Counted from the stretch's first letter, positions 21,125 to 33,344 are shown. The stretch: DNA of 64,000 nucleotides from Candidatus Latescibacterota bacterium (GCA_965205485.1 OZ242180.1:3040001-3104000); one strand, 5' to 3'. The notes: generated by a model from the sequence alone, not told the origin. Translations and numbers: made by a program.

Positions 21125-22114
21125 TCACGTTTTCCGTGCGGTGATCATGCTCGAGCCGTTCCGCTGTCTGACACGGCGCACATCCGCAAATCCCGCTTGA
21201 ATCAGCCAGTTTCGGTACTCGCTTTCCGTGTAGGCGCGCCCCCCGCGATAGATGTTGAGGAAGACGATGTTGAACAGTGCGGCCTCCCGAGGTGTGCAGC
21301 GGCAGTCGTCCAGGATGCCGTTGCCGAGGATGTAAACGGCGCCTCCGGGTCGAAGGGCGGCGGTTACGTGCGAGAGGGCCACAACTGCCTGGTCCGGGGG
21401 AAGTGTCTGGATAAAGGCTTTGACCACAGCCGCGTCGAATTCGCCAGGTACGGGTTTTCGGGTGACGTCCAGCGCAAGGGTCTGGATCCGTTCGGCAAGG
21501 TCTGCCTTTTGGATGAATTGACTCGCAACGGGGATGACTTCCGGCAGATCGAGCACGGTTGCGTGAAAGTTGGAACTGCCCTGGACAAAACCGATGGACA
21601 GGCCACCGGAACCTCCGCCTACGTCTAACAGGCGGGTGCAGGATGACGTGTCGAAATGCTCCACCAGTTGCCGGCCGGCTGCCAGCGACTCGTCGTGGAG
21701 TCCACGAAAGAAGGCGAACAACTGACCAGCGGGCATGCCGGCAAAGCTGTGTTCAGCCTGGGGCTGGCCGAGCCGGATCGAGTCGGCGGTCCTGAGGGTT
21801 GCCGACCACAGGTCGGAGAGCAGGTGGTGGAGGTTGCCGACGTATTCGGGGCTGGACGCAACCAGATATCGTTGTGCCTCGCCGCCGTTGACAAAGCGAT
21901 TGTCTTCAACGTGCAGCAGGCCGGCTGCCGCCAGCGCGTAAAGCAGCGGGGAGAGAAGGTCGGTCGATACCCCGATCTTTTCTGCAACCTGCCGTGCATC
22001 CAGCGGGCCGTCGGACAGGGGCGTGAAGACGTCAAGCTGCATTCCGGCCAGAAGTGCAAACGAAGCATAGGCATTCTGAATCAGCCCTGAAATGGTTTCG
22101 GCTGCATCTTCCAT
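21125..22114 (-). CDS. SAM-dependent O-methyltransferase with N-terminal dimerisation domain
   Basis: LLDVGGGSG, LDLPEV, ALRPGG; wHTH-like N-terminus. Confidence 0.88.
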   Translation of the reverse strand: MEDAAETISGLIQNAYASFALLAGMQLDVFTPLSDGPLDARQVAEKIGVSTDLLSPLLYALAAAGLLHVEDNRFVNGGEAQRYLVASSPEYVGNLHHLLSDLWSATLRTADSIRLGQPQAEHSFAGMPAGQLFAFFRGLHDESLAAGRQLVEHFDTSSCTRLLDVGGGSGGLSIGFVQGSSNFHATVLDLPEVIPVASQFIQKADLAERIQTLALDVTRKPVPGEFDAAVVKAFIQTLPPDQAVVALSHVTAALRPGGAVYILGNGILDDCRCTPREAALFNIVFLNIYRGGRAYTESEYRNWLIQAGFADVRRVRQRNGSSMITARKT

Positions 22115-22123
22115 TGGACGTTT

Positions 22124-22999
22124 TCAGCGTTCGACGCGGACGTCTCCATTTTCGTCCACGGCAAGAAACGGAACATCTCCACCGTGGTTGGAGCATGGCC
22201 CGAACATGACCGCGCGCTGCTCGTCAGTCATATCCGCCACGACGTCCTCGCCCCAGTAGATTTCAGGGGGCGCGAGTTCCTTGGCCGGGCCGCCCCGTAC
22301 GGAGGACCTGGACGCGTATTTGTACAACACCGAGCGACGGGGACGATTGCTCTGCCAGGGACGTGTGCCATGGGTCTGCGCGCCGTCCATGAAAAAGAGG
22401 ACGTCGCCTGCGCGCATGGCCGGCTGAACGACGGTTCCCATATCGTCGTCGCAGGTACGGACCCCCGATGGCATCGAATATCTCGTTTTGTGGCTGCCGG
22501 GGACGCAGACGAATCCGCCGTCACCGGGGTTCACGTCGGCGAGTTGCCAGCTCACCGTGACACCCCCGCAGTAGGACTGACCGTTCTGATGGTTGTAGGC
22601 TACGTGCGGCCTGTGCGGTTCGCCGGCGCCGTGCATGGTCAGGCCTTCGGTGCCCTTGACGCCGGATATCAGCAACGGGCCGTGATCCAGTCGAAAACCG
22701 GTACCGCACATCACGTTCAGTCGCAGGACGACGGCGGGGTGGACCAGCATCCGCCGGAACGGTTCGCAGTGGGGGCGTTCCAATTGCAGCAGGTCGTGCA
22801 TGGTGGGCCGGCCCGTGCCCCGAAGCGCGTGCGAGTCGCGCGCTCCCAGATTGTCATCGGCTATGCGTATCCGGTCCCGGTGCAGGTCGATCGCTTCGTT
22901 CGTAGCGGCGATCTGATCCGGATTCAGTACGTTCCTTACAACGATATAACCTGTCAGATCCCAGAAGTAGCGTTCTTTTGCGTCCATCGCGTTCTCCAA
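22124..22999 (-). CDS. PhyH-family Fe/2OG enzyme, HxA variant
   Basis: YFWDLTGY, FRLDHG, MHGAG, DGGFVCVPGSHK, FMDGAQTHGT, RRS; start could be ATG 22987. Confidence 0.87.
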   Translation of the reverse strand: MENAMDAKERYFWDLTGYIVVRNVLNPDQIAATNEAIDLHRDRIRIADDNLGARDSHALRGTGRPTMHDLLQLERPHCEPFRRMLVHPAVVLRLNVMCGTGFRLDHGPLLISGVKGTEGLTMHGAGEPHRPHVAYNHQNGQSYCGGVTVSWQLADVNPGDGGFVCVPGSHKTRYSMPSGVRTCDDDMGTVVQPAMRAGDVLFFMDGAQTHGTRPWQSNRPRRSVLYKYASRSSVRGGPAKELAPPEIYWGEDVVADMTDEQRAVMFGPCSNHGGDVPFLAVDENGDVRVER

Positions 23000-23028
23000 C
23001 GGCGATCCGTGTCGTTTTACGTGGTCGT

Positions 23029-23904
23029 TCAGGCGATCGAGGTCTTACGGCCGTCGGATACGAGCCGCGGAAAATCATTGCCGGTATGGACGCCCGGCCC
23101 GTAGAGAACGGCTCTTTGTTCCGGGCTGAGGTCCCGGACCCAGTCTCCCCAGCGGGACTCCGGCGCAAAATGGCGTCCCGTTGCGCGGGCGGCGGCACGT
23201 GAGGCATATTTGTACAGTACGGAACGGCGTTCGTGCGCGCCCTTCCACGGCAGGGTACCGTGCGTGGCGGATTCGGCAAAAAACAGTACATCGCCCGCTT
23301 TCATCACAGGCTGCACAACAAGGTCCATGTGATCTTCAACGGACCGCAGGCCCGCGGGGGTGGGTTCGCGTGTCTTGTGGCTCCCTGGTACGATGCAGAA
23401 GCCGCCGTCGCCTTCGTTGACATTCGCCAGTTGCCAGGCAACCGTGACGCCCCGGCAGTACATCCTTCCGTTCTGCTGGTGGTACCATACGGAAGGACCG
23501 AACGGTTCGCCCGCGCCGTGCAGCTGGTGGCCCTCGGCTCCGGCTTCGGCGCCGATCAACAGGGGGCCATGGTCCAGCCGGAAGCCCTTCCCGGACATCT
23601 CATTCAGGCGTGAGACCACAACGGGATGGACGAGCAGCCGGCGGAACGGCTCCCTGTAAGGCGGGGGCCAGCCCAGCATTCCCGTGAGTTCCTTTCGTCC
23701 CTGTGCGCCTTTCAAGGCGGATGATCCGCCCGCGAGGCCTCCTGTTTCGACGGAACGGGTGGAGACGCGTTCGGCGAAGTGGTCGATGGCGGCATTGCAT
23801 TCCGCGACCTCGTCGCAAGTGAGCGCGTTGCGTACAACCAGGTATCCGCTCAGGTCGAAGAAATACCGCTCCTCAGCCGACATTTCGTATCTGTTGTCGC
23901 CCAT
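23029..23904 (-). CDS. PhyH-family Fe/2OG enzyme, HxA variant; tandem paralog of the adjacent gene
   Basis: YFFDLSGY, FRLDHG, LHGAG, DGGFCIVPGSHK, FAESATHGT, RRSVLYKYASR. Confidence 0.87.
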   Translation of the reverse strand: MGDNRYEMSAEERYFFDLSGYLVVRNALTCDEVAECNAAIDHFAERVSTRSVETGGLAGGSSALKGAQGRKELTGMLGWPPPYREPFRRLLVHPVVVSRLNEMSGKGFRLDHGPLLIGAEAGAEGHQLHGAGEPFGPSVWYHQQNGRMYCRGVTVAWQLANVNEGDGGFCIVPGSHKTREPTPAGLRSVEDHMDLVVQPVMKAGDVLFFAESATHGTLPWKGAHERRSVLYKYASRAAARATGRHFAPESRWGDWVRDLSPEQRAVLYGPGVHTGNDFPRLVSDGRKTSIA

Positions 23905-23939
23905 CGTTCCTCCGGAATCAACGATAATCGGTCGTTGGT

Positions 23940-24938
23940 CTACACCGGAGCCCTGGCTCCCGGCCCCTGACGGCGCGTCTCCTGCTCCGCCTCCCAGTCC
24001 GCCATCACCTCCGCGGTCCGGCGGAGGAGTTGCTCGTCCTTCTCATTACGGATAGAATGTGGGTCGCTGCCCGTCCAGTTGTAATATCCATTTCCCGACT
24101 CCAGGCCCGTTGCGCCCGTGGCGACCAGCTTCTGAAGAAAATCGAGCGGCTGCTCCCACCCGCCCAGGGTCTTCCACAGGTGTGAGGCAACGCGGACGTG
24201 CATGGACAGGCCGTTGATGTCGCGCTGCTCCAACGGTCCCGCGGTGGTAAATCTGGGCGCGAGCCCCAGACGGAAGGCGGCGTCGATGTCCTCGGCCGAG
24301 GCGACGCCTGACGCCAGCAGGTCGACTGCCTCGCGGATGAGGGCGTGCTGAAGACGGTTGACGAGGAATCCGGGTACGTCCTTGTTCACGCGAAGTGGGA
24401 AATAGTCCAGCCTCTGCCAGATTCCGGTGATGCGGTCCATCGTCTCGTTCGAGGTCTGTTGGCCGCGGACGATCTCGGCGACGGGTACGATGTGGGCAGG
24501 CTGGACAAAGTGAGAGCCGGCAATGCGGTCGGCGTGCCGGGCTCTTTCCGCGAGTCTGGAAATGGGCAGCCCGGACGTGTTGCTTACCAGGGGAGCATCC
24601 GTTGCCGCGAGGGCATCCAGGCGATGGAAGAGCGCTTGTTTCGATTCCAGGTCTTCCGTGATGGATTCCACGACAAAGACAGATTCGTAAACTGCGGCCT
24701 CGAGGTCCGTGGTGGTGTGGATGCGGTTGAGTACGGCGTCCGGAGACTCACCTCCAAGCCGGTCGTGCCGTCCGAGATCCTCGGCGTACCGCTCAAGATT
24801 TCTCCGTGCCTTTTCCAGGCTTTCCGGCCGCCGGCTGATCAGCCAGGTTTCTCTGCTTCCGAGCGCCAGAACCAGGGCGATCTGACCGCCCATCAGACCG
24901 GCTCCAACAACGGTGGACTTGCCCAGGAAAAGGTCCAT
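23940..24938 (-). CDS. 3-hydroxyacyl-CoA dehydrogenase family protein
   Basis: VVGAGLMG, VESITEDLESK, SNTS, GSHF, PGFLVNRLQ, GPLEQRD. Confidence 0.9.
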   Translation of the reverse strand: MDLFLGKSTVVGAGLMGGQIALVLALGSRETWLISRRPESLEKARRNLERYAEDLGRHDRLGGESPDAVLNRIHTTTDLEAAVYESVFVVESITEDLESKQALFHRLDALAATDAPLVSNTSGLPISRLAERARHADRIAGSHFVQPAHIVPVAEIVRGQQTSNETMDRITGIWQRLDYFPLRVNKDVPGFLVNRLQHALIREAVDLLASGVASAEDIDAAFRLGLAPRFTTAGPLEQRDINGLSMHVRVASHLWKTLGGWEQPLDFLQKLVATGATGLESGNGYYNWTGSDPHSIRNEKDEQLLRRTAEVMADWEAEQETRRQGPGARAPV

Positions 24939-25032
24939 ATATTGGAATGTTGATTGAAGGTGGACGTGAGTTGCTGGGAGAATCCATCAGTGAAACGCCG
25001 ACAGGCGCGACACGGCCTTGCTCCCGCCAGGT

Positions 25033-26329
25033 CTATAAATTGACGCGAACCCTCTGGAGGGCCACTTCGGCGACTTCCAGCGTCCGGTCGACGTCGGGTT
25101 CCGTGTGCGCCAGCGAGAAATAGAGCTTGCCGGCAGGATTGAAGAAGATGCCCCGTCTTGATCATTTCGATGCCGAATTGTCTGGCGGCGCCGGCGTCGG
25201 CCTTGAGCGTGTCGGCGTAGTTTCGAATTTCGACGTCCGCGAAATAGGGTTGCAACACCGGTCCTTCGCCCAGGACCTGAAGCGGGAGTCCTATCTTTGC
25301 GCCAAGCGCTTCCAGGCCGCGTCGGAGGCGGGCGGGGATGTCGTAGAGCCTTGTATATACACCCTCGGTTTCCAGTACGTCCAGTGTTGCCAGTCCGGCG
25401 GCGGCGCTGACGGGATTGCCATTTGTAGTGCCGCTGACAAAGGTATACGGCGCCTTTCCCTTACGACGGGGGTCGGCGCACGCGAGAACATCCGCACGCC
25501 CGCAGACGGCGGCCATGGGATACCCCCCGCTGATCGTCTTTCCGTAGACGGCGACGTCGGGCACGACGCCGTAGCGCTCCTGTGCGCCGCCCCAGGCGAT
25601 GCGGAAGCCGGTAACGACTTCGTCGTAGATGAGGATGACGCCATAGTCGCTTGACGCCTGGCGAATGGCTTCAAGGAATCCCGGTTCCGGCCGAAGGGCG
25701 CGCTGAAAGGGCTCGACGATAACCGCAGCCAGGTCATTCGAATACGAAGCGATGAGTTCTACGGCTACGTCGGCATTGTTGAACGGGGCGACCAGAACCG
25801 ATTGGCTTACCGCTTTGGGTATGCCCTGGGAATCGGGGACGGCCACGGGTCCGTCAGTGGGTTTTGGCGGCGTTGTGCTTTGCTGGGCGTAGTCGTGTGC
25901 GCCGTGCCAGCCGCCCTCGAATTTGAGGATCTTTTCCCGACCGGTGAATGCCCGCGCCATTCGCAGGGCCGAGAATGTACCCTCGGTGCCCGATGACGTA
26001 AAGCGGATGGACTCCCCGCAGGGCGAGGCTTCGACGATGCGCTCGGCCAGGTGGATGACAGGTTCATTGAGTGCATAGAAAGTCGAACCCAGTGCAACCT
26101 GGCGCTGGACAGCCTCGACGACAGCGGGATGAGCGTGGCCCAGAATAAGCGGTCCGGAGCCGAGGATGTAGTCTATATATTCCCTGCCGTCGGTGTCGCA
26201 GATCCGGCAGCCGCTCCCGCGCGCCATCACGGTTGCGACTTCGTCCGGCATCCGAAAGCTGCCCAGACAGCCGCCTGCAAGGTACCGGTCGGCCTTTTCG
26301 AGCAGATCTCGCATCGACTGATTCTTCAT
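25033..26329 (-). pseudogene. Class III PLP aminotransferase (GSA-aminomutase-like) with a 1-nt frameshift near the 3' end (real or sequencing error)
   Basis: YIDY..G.GPLILGH, SGTE, DEVVTGFR, YGK, GTTNGNP. Removing one base near 25156 restores KRGIFFNPAGKLYFSLAHTEPDVDRTLE..* ending at 25033. Confidence 0.75.
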
Positions 26330-26643
26330 CAGAGGTTTCCTGGGCAAACTGGGATAGGGGTCCTGTCTTGCCACTGACGAAGACATAAGATATCCCCGTG
26401 GACGCAATCTGTCACGCCCTTTTGCAGCCGCGCGAAGACCGCTGGGAATGTTGAGACAGCTTCTAAAAGGAATAGACGATCGGGAGCATTCAGACAGTTC
26501 GTTCGAACTGAACGGTTCAGTCCGGTGCCACATCGGGAGTCGCGGGTCGGTGCGGGACCGGGATAAAGATCAGCGCCCGCGGTGCGGGAGGCGATGGCGT
26601 AACGCCCGTACTGTGACGGAAGACAATTCAGCCGGAGGTCGCA

Positions 26644-28008
26644 ATGGTCGATAATCTGACTGAGAAGCCGAATGTCGTCGTTTTCTATACCGATCAACAA
26701 CGGTGGGATACGACCGGCGTTCACGGGAACCCGCTGGACCTGACGCCCAATTTCGATCGGATGGCGCAGCGGGGCACCCATGTCTCGAATTCCTTCACCT
26801 GCCAGCCCGTTTGCGGACCCGCCCGTTCCTGTCTGCAGACGGGGTTGTACGCTACGGTAACGGGTTGCTTTCGCAATGGAATCCCTCTACCGCCGGACAG
26901 CCGGACCCTGGCACACCATTTCAATGACGCCGGTTATCGCACGGCGTATATAGGCAAGTGGCATTTGTACGGAAGGGATTCGAAGGGCCCGGTGCCGCCG
27001 GAGGGTCGCGGAGGCTATGAATATTGGCTGGCATCAAACGTGCTCGAATTCACGTCGGAGGCCTATCGAACGGTCCTGTACGACAACGAGGGTGATCCGG
27101 TGGATCTTCCGGGATATCGGGTCGACGCCGTCACGGACGCGGCGATCAGGTACATTCACTCGAACCGGGAACGTCCGTTCTTTCTGTTTGTCTCCTATAT
27201 CGAACCCCACCACCAGAACCATATCGACGATTATCCGGCGCCGGACGGATACCGAGAGCGATACGACGGCCGGTGGATGCCGCCTGACCTGGCATCGCTC
27301 GGCGGATCCGCACATCGTCATCTCGGCGGTTACTACGGGATGGTGAAGCGGTTGGACGAGGCGCTGGGGAGGATGTTGGACGCGCTGAAGAGTACGGGTC
27401 TTGCGGAACGGACCGTTGTTTTGTTCACGTCGGACCACGGTTGCCACTTCAAGACCCGCAATGCCGAGTACAAGCGGTCCTGCCACGAGAGTTCGATTCG
27501 AGTGCCAACAGCGCTTCAGGGACCGGGATTCAACGGCGGGGGGCGCATTGAGGAACTGGTCAGCACGGTGGATCTGACGCCCACGCTTCTGGATGCGGCC
27601 GGGATTTCGATACCGCCTGAAATGCAGGGCCGGTCGATCCTGCCGCTGACGGTCGGGAACAGCGAGGGTTGGCCGGAGGAAACGTTTGTGCAGATCAGTG
27701 AGGCTCAGGTGGGGAGGGCCGTGCGCACCCATCGGTGGAAGTACGGCGTGGATGCGCCTGAACGACAAGGCGCACAGCAGGCTGGATCGGACCGCTACGT
27801 CGAACAATACCTGTACGATCTGGATGCGGATCCGTACGAGTTATGCAATCTGATCGGGACGACTTCCCATCAGGAAGTGGCGCGGATCATGAGACAGCGT
27901 CTGGTCCGGCGGATGATTGAGGCCGGCGAAGACGCGCCGGAAATCCAGCCGGCAGAAACAAGGGAAGGCGGACAGCGACGAGTGTCGCCAGTTGAAGCAC
28001 GCAGCTGA
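26644..28008 (+). CDS. Formylglycine-dependent sulfatase
   Basis: KPNVV..TDQQR, CGPAR (CxPxR), GKWH, PH, SDHG, DL.PTLL, LYDL..DPYE; no obvious signal peptide. Confidence 0.92.
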   Translation: MVDNLTEKPNVVVFYTDQQRWDTTGVHGNPLDLTPNFDRMAQRGTHVSNSFTCQPVCGPARSCLQTGLYATVTGCFRNGIPLPPDSRTLAHHFNDAGYRTAYIGKWHLYGRDSKGPVPPEGRGGYEYWLASNVLEFTSEAYRTVLYDNEGDPVDLPGYRVDAVTDAAIRYIHSNRERPFFLFVSYIEPHHQNHIDDYPAPDGYRERYDGRWMPPDLASLGGSAHRHLGGYYGMVKRLDEALGRMLDALKSTGLAERTVVLFTSDHGCHFKTRNAEYKRSCHESSIRVPTALQGPGFNGGGRIEELVSTVDLTPTLLDAAGISIPPEMQGRSILPLTVGNSEGWPEETFVQISEAQVGRAVRTHRWKYGVDAPERQGAQQAGSDRYVEQYLYDLDADPYELCNLIGTTSHQEVARIMRQRLVRRMIEAGEDAPEIQPAETREGGQRRVSPVEARS

Positions 28009-28137
28009 TCTGTCTGAGCCGGCTGTCCGCTTTGAAATAGCGAATGACGCGGCCGAACGGGACCCATCGTCGGGATTGAAGGGAACCGGGCGCGTTGCCG
28101 CCTCGAGCGACGATCCGGGAATTTATCGCCGGCGAAT

Positions 28138-29838
<1,701 letters not shown>

Positions 29839-29901
29839 TCAGTCTCCTTTGCTGAATACTCCGCCGCTTGAGATCGCCCGGGAACCGCGAGTTGTCGTGT
29901 G

Positions 29902-29940
29902 AAAAACACAATGGGCCGTCCCCTCGGAAGGAACGGCCCT
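29902..29940 (-). terminator. Terminator in the TPP riboswitch expression platform
   Basis: Minus strand GGGCCGTTCC-loop-GGGACGGCCC followed by ATTGTGTTTTT. Confidence 0.65.
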
Positions 29941-29960
29941 TAATAACTCGCAAGGCCTGT

Positions 29961-30040
29961 GTTCCGCTTCCCTACGCTGGCATAATCCAGATCAGGTTCC
30001 AAGGGTATGATCTCAGCCGTATGGCACCCCACGCGGATCT
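29961..30040 (-). ncRNA. TPP riboswitch
   Basis: Minus strand GGGGTGCC..GGCTGAGA..ACCCTTGGAACCTGATCTGGATTATGCCAGCGTAGGGAAG with a TCCGC/GCGGA P1 stem. Confidence 0.95.
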
Positions 30041-30048
30041 CGGCTTAC

Positions 30049-30077
30049 AAGATAAAGGCGTGCAAAAGATCTGTCAA
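30049..30077 (-). promoter_or_regulatory. Sigma70-type promoter for riboswitch-thiC
   Basis: TTGACA-N17-TATCTT immediately upstream of the aptamer. Confidence 0.65.
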
Positions 30078-30085
30078 GGGCAGAA

Positions 30086-30982
30086 TTACAGTTCCGTCAG
30101 AGGCCGCATCCGGACATCGACTTCGAGCCGGGTCTCGCCGCCGCCCTGTCGGACGCCGCGGGTGGGAGAGATGTCCAGATAGTCGCGTCCTGTCGCGATC
30201 CGGACGTGACGTTCGCCGGCAAGGCTCCGGTTGGTTGGATCAAAGCCCACCCATCCCAGTTTCGGCAGGAGGCATTCCACCCAGGCGTGGGTTGCATTGC
30301 TCCAGGCCTGGCCGTCCGGAGAACCGGGGACGTAGAGATAGCCCGAGACGTAGCGGGCGGGGACGCACCAGGAACGGGCGACCGCGATCATGACGTGGGC
30401 GTAGTCCTGGCAGACCCCGCGGCCCGAGGTCAGGATTTCCTCAATTGGAGACGCGGCCGACGTGCTTCCCGGAGTATATTGAAACACGCTGTGCAGCGTA
30501 TCCGATAGCCGGATCAGATCCCTGAGCGGGTCTTTCCCGCGTGCAATGCCGTTTTGCCTGGTGAAATCGGCGAGCGCCGGGGACGGATACGCCATCGCAC
30601 TGGGATGGGCATAGTCCCAATGCAGACATGCGTCCCACCAGGCGTTGATCTCCTTCCACGCACCGGCGCCGAGACCGGACGGCAGCAACTTGAACGGAGC
30701 CGGGATCACCGTGGATCGAGCCGTAATCTCCAGCGATCTGTGCTCGGGGTGGACGCAGAGGACGTGCCGCGTGTTGCCAAATGGATCTGTCTCGGCGCTC
30801 AGTGAGCCTGGTGGCCGGGTTTCGATTTCGAAACGAACGAGTTGCTGACACGCGTTCACAAGCGGCTTCAGGCAGAGCAGCATGACGCACTCACGCGCGG
30901 GGAACGTGTACTCATAGCGTGAGACGTGCCTGATTTCGTATTGTGTCGTTCCGGCCAAGGTACCTGTATATCCGCGAGTCAA
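30086..30982 (-). CDS. Transglutaminase-like protein (bacterial N-terminal domain plus core)
   Basis: YEIRHVSRYEY, DPFGN, GVCQDYAH, ARYVSGY, THAWVE, GFDPTN, GRDY; start taken as the TTG overlapping the upstream stop (alternative 30958). Confidence 0.9.
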   Translation of the reverse strand: MTRGYTGTLAGTTQYEIRHVSRYEYTFPARECVMLLCLKPLVNACQQLVRFEIETRPPGSLSAETDPFGNTRHVLCVHPEHRSLEITARSTVIPAPFKLLPSGLGAGAWKEINAWWDACLHWDYAHPSAMAYPSPALADFTRQNGIARGKDPLRDLIRLSDTLHSVFQYTPGSTSAASPIEEILTSGRGVCQDYAHVMIAVARSWCVPARYVSGYLYVPGSPDGQAWSNATHAWVECLLPKLGWVGFDPTNRSLAGERHVRIATGRDYLDISPTRGVRQGGGETRLEVDVRMRPLTEL

Positions 30983-31962
30983 TAAACGGCGCGGTATTCT
31001 ATATATGCAGCGGCAATATGATCGTGGAGTTCCCGGCAGTACCTCATGAGGTCTCCAATAAGGACCTCGCGGTCTTCGCGATCGGGCCAATCGTAATGGA
31101 TCAGTGCGCACATGCGTCTGGCCATGCGCAGGGCGACTGCACTGGAGTGTTCGTCGGACCCGGCACCGATGGCACCGAGTTCCGAAGCCACCGCGTCGAG
31201 CGAGTAGCACAGAGAGCCGTGTAGCAGCGGGTCGGTGACGAGAAGGTCGAGGACGCGACGCGACTGGACGTCGACGCTGTAATTCCGGCTGTAAGCGTCA
31301 TAGGCCTGGCAAACGTACAGGAGATTCGTCCAGTCCGCGTCGGAGGCCTCGTCCATTATTTTGTCCATGGAGAGCTGGGAAAGAAACAGCGAGGCCGAAC
31401 ATTGGGCGCGTTCGATATGCCTCCCGAGTCGCAGAAAGTGCCACCCTTCGTCGCGGTACATCGTTGCTTCCGCCACTCCGGCAAAGGTGTTGATGTCGCC
31501 TGCCGTTGCAGCAAAAAAGCTCTCCGGTGTTGGCTTCCAGATGTCTCGAATGCTCAGGTTCCGGAGCCGCAGATATGCGAGGTTGAGACAGGTCCACATT
31601 TCCCCGCTGATGCAATGGCGCATCTGCCGGGCATTTTCACGGCCGAGGGAGAAACAATTCCAGACTGAATCGGGATTCGAGCGTTCGAACGTGAGATCGT
31701 CGGCCAGCGTGTAGGAGTCGGCCAGCGTGAAGTCGTCGTTCCCGACCATCGTAATACTGCCACCGGGAGGACGACGGTTCAGGCTCATGTAGATTCGACT
31801 CCATCCGAAATAGATCTCACGGATCGGCCGGTCCACCAGCGCTTCCACCTGGAATCGTAACACTCGACAGAGATGCTCCGCACGTTCCAGATAGCGGCCC
31901 ATCCAGTAAAGTCCCTGGGCGCTGCGCGCAAGCAGTCTGGGATTACCGGGGGTCGTCATCAA
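30979..31962 (-). CDS. Alpha-E domain protein (DUF403)
   Basis: LYWMGRYLERAE, RENAR..R..IS.EMW, LGRHIERA (two ER motifs). Confidence 0.92.
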   Translation of the reverse strand: MMTTPGNPRLLARSAQGLYWMGRYLERAEHLCRVLRFQVEALVDRPIREIYFGWSRIYMSLNRRPPGGSITMVGNDDFTLADSYTLADDLTFERSNPDSVWNCFSLGRENARQMRHCISGEMWTCLNLAYLRLRNLSIRDIWKPTPESFFAATAGDINTFAGVAEATMYRDEGWHFLRLGRHIERAQCSASLFLSQLSMDKIMDEASDADWTNLLYVCQAYDAYSRNYSVDVQSRRVLDLLVTDPLLHGSLCYSLDAVASELGAIGAGSDEHSSAVALRMARRMCALIHYDWPDREDREVLIGDLMRYCRELHDHIAAAYIEYRAVY

Positions 31963-33344
31963 TCCTCATCTGCTTCTTCCGGGTTGAGCACAAACTCGGG
32001 ATAGGCCTCGATCCCCAACTCGCCCACGTCCTGTCCCAACCGTTCGACTTTATCGGATACGCGGACCTGGATTGTGGCAGCCAACGCACGCCAGACCACC
32101 CACGAAACTGAGAATACAAACACGCCAACCGCGACGCAACCCAGGAGCTGAACGCCGAAATTGCCGCCGGCGGCAATGCAGACCGCCAGCGTTCCCCAGA
32201 CACCGGCGAAGAGGTGCGCGGGTACCGCGCCGACGACGTCGTCGATCTTCAGCTTCTCCAGCAGCCGGATTCCGGCGGTGCAGAGGAGAGCGCCCACGGC
32301 GCCGATGACGACGGCCCAATAGTGCTGGACGATGTCGGGGCCGGCCGTGATCGACACCAGCCCGGCAATAGCGCCGTTCAAGCTGGCGAACAGGTCCATT
32401 CTTCCCAGAATCGGCTTGGAGATTATGAGAGCCATCACCACACCGGCCGCCGCCGCAAGATTGGTGTTGACCAGCACATGGCTCATGGCCACCGCGTCGG
32501 CGGCGCTCCCCAGCGCAAGCTGTGACCCGCCGTTGAATCCGAGCCAGCCGAACCACAGTATGAACACGCCCAGTGTCACCGCCACGATGTTTGATGGCGG
32601 CGTATTCTTCACGCTGCCGTCTTTCCGATACTTACCCAACCGCGGTCCGACGACCAGGACCCCGGCAAGCGCGGCCCAGCCGCCGGTGCTGTGGACAATG
32701 GTCGAACCCGCGAAGTCCTTGAATCCCATTGCACTCAACCATCCGCCGCCCCAGGTCCAGGCGCCGACCACAGGATAGATGACGGCCGTCAGAAGCAACG
32801 TGAACAGAAAGAAGGACAGCATCTTGACCCGCTCCGCCAATGCGCCGGACACGATCGAGGCGGCCGTCGCCACGAAGACCATCTGGAAGAACCAGTCCGA
32901 CATAGTGGAGTACTTATTCGCAATGACCTTGGCCTTTGCCGCCTCCTGCCCGCCTACCAGGGCGATATCTGCGGCGGACGGCCCGTAGAGAAGTTTAAAG
33001 GAGCCGATGAACTTCCCAACCTCCGTGTACATCAGATTGTAGCCGATGAAGTAATAGGCGAGGCCGGCTATCGAGTACAGGCCGATGTTCTTCATGCAGA
33101 TCATCGAGGCGTTCTTGGTGCGCACTGAACCGGACTCGAGCATTGTGAATCCGGCGCACATCCACATGATCAGCGCGCCCCAGATCAGAAACGCGAACGT
33201 ATTGAAGACGAACATCGTCTCCTGGTCAACCGCCGCGTACGCGGCCGTGGTCCCGCAAAGCAGACATCCAAGCAAGAGCAAAGCGATCCTTAAGCGAGAA
33301 CCGCCGGCGCGCTTGTAAAACGGCAATTTCGTGGAACCTTTCAT
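31959..33344 (-). CDS. amtB: Ammonium transporter (Amt family)
   Basis: GF.MLESG, FFQMVF, IVSGALAER, DFAGSTIVH, GPRLG, WFGWLGFNGGS, IDDVVGAVPAH; both pore His present; ATG 33344 after AGGAGAGG. Confidence 0.93.
   Translation of the reverse strand: MKGSTKLPFYKRAGGSRLRIALLLLGCLLCGTTAAYAAVDQETMFVFNTFAFLIWGALIMWMCAGFTMLESGSVRTKNASMICMKNIGLYSIAGLAYYFIGYNLMYTEVGKFIGSFKLLYGPSAADIALVGGQEAAKAKVIANKYSTMSDWFFQMVFVATAASIVSGALAERVKMLSFFLFTLLLTAVIYPVVGAWTWGGGWLSAMGFKDFAGSTIVHSTGGWAALAGVLVVGPRLGKYRKDGSVKNTPPSNIVAVTLGVFILWFGWLGFNGGSQLALGSAADAVAMSHVLVNTNLAAAAGVVMALIISKPILGRMDLFASLNGAIAGLVSITAGPDIVQHYWAVVIGAVGALLCTAGIRLLEKLKIDDVVGAVPAHLFAGVWGTLAVCIAAGGNFGVQLLGCVAVGVFVFSVSWVVWRALAATIQVRVSDKVERLGQDVGELGIEAYPEFVLNPEEADED

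Noticed and set aside
24893..26329. Calling the aminotransferase hemL
   Set aside because: GSA-aminomutase-like fold only; no tetrapyrrole context and paralogs of this class are common
30983..31210. N-terminal extensions in the ORF track (transglutaminase, Amt to 33599, anti-sigma to 48970, aminotransferase to 26533)
   Set aside because: Most overlap neighbouring genes, and better RBS or coupled starts lie downstream
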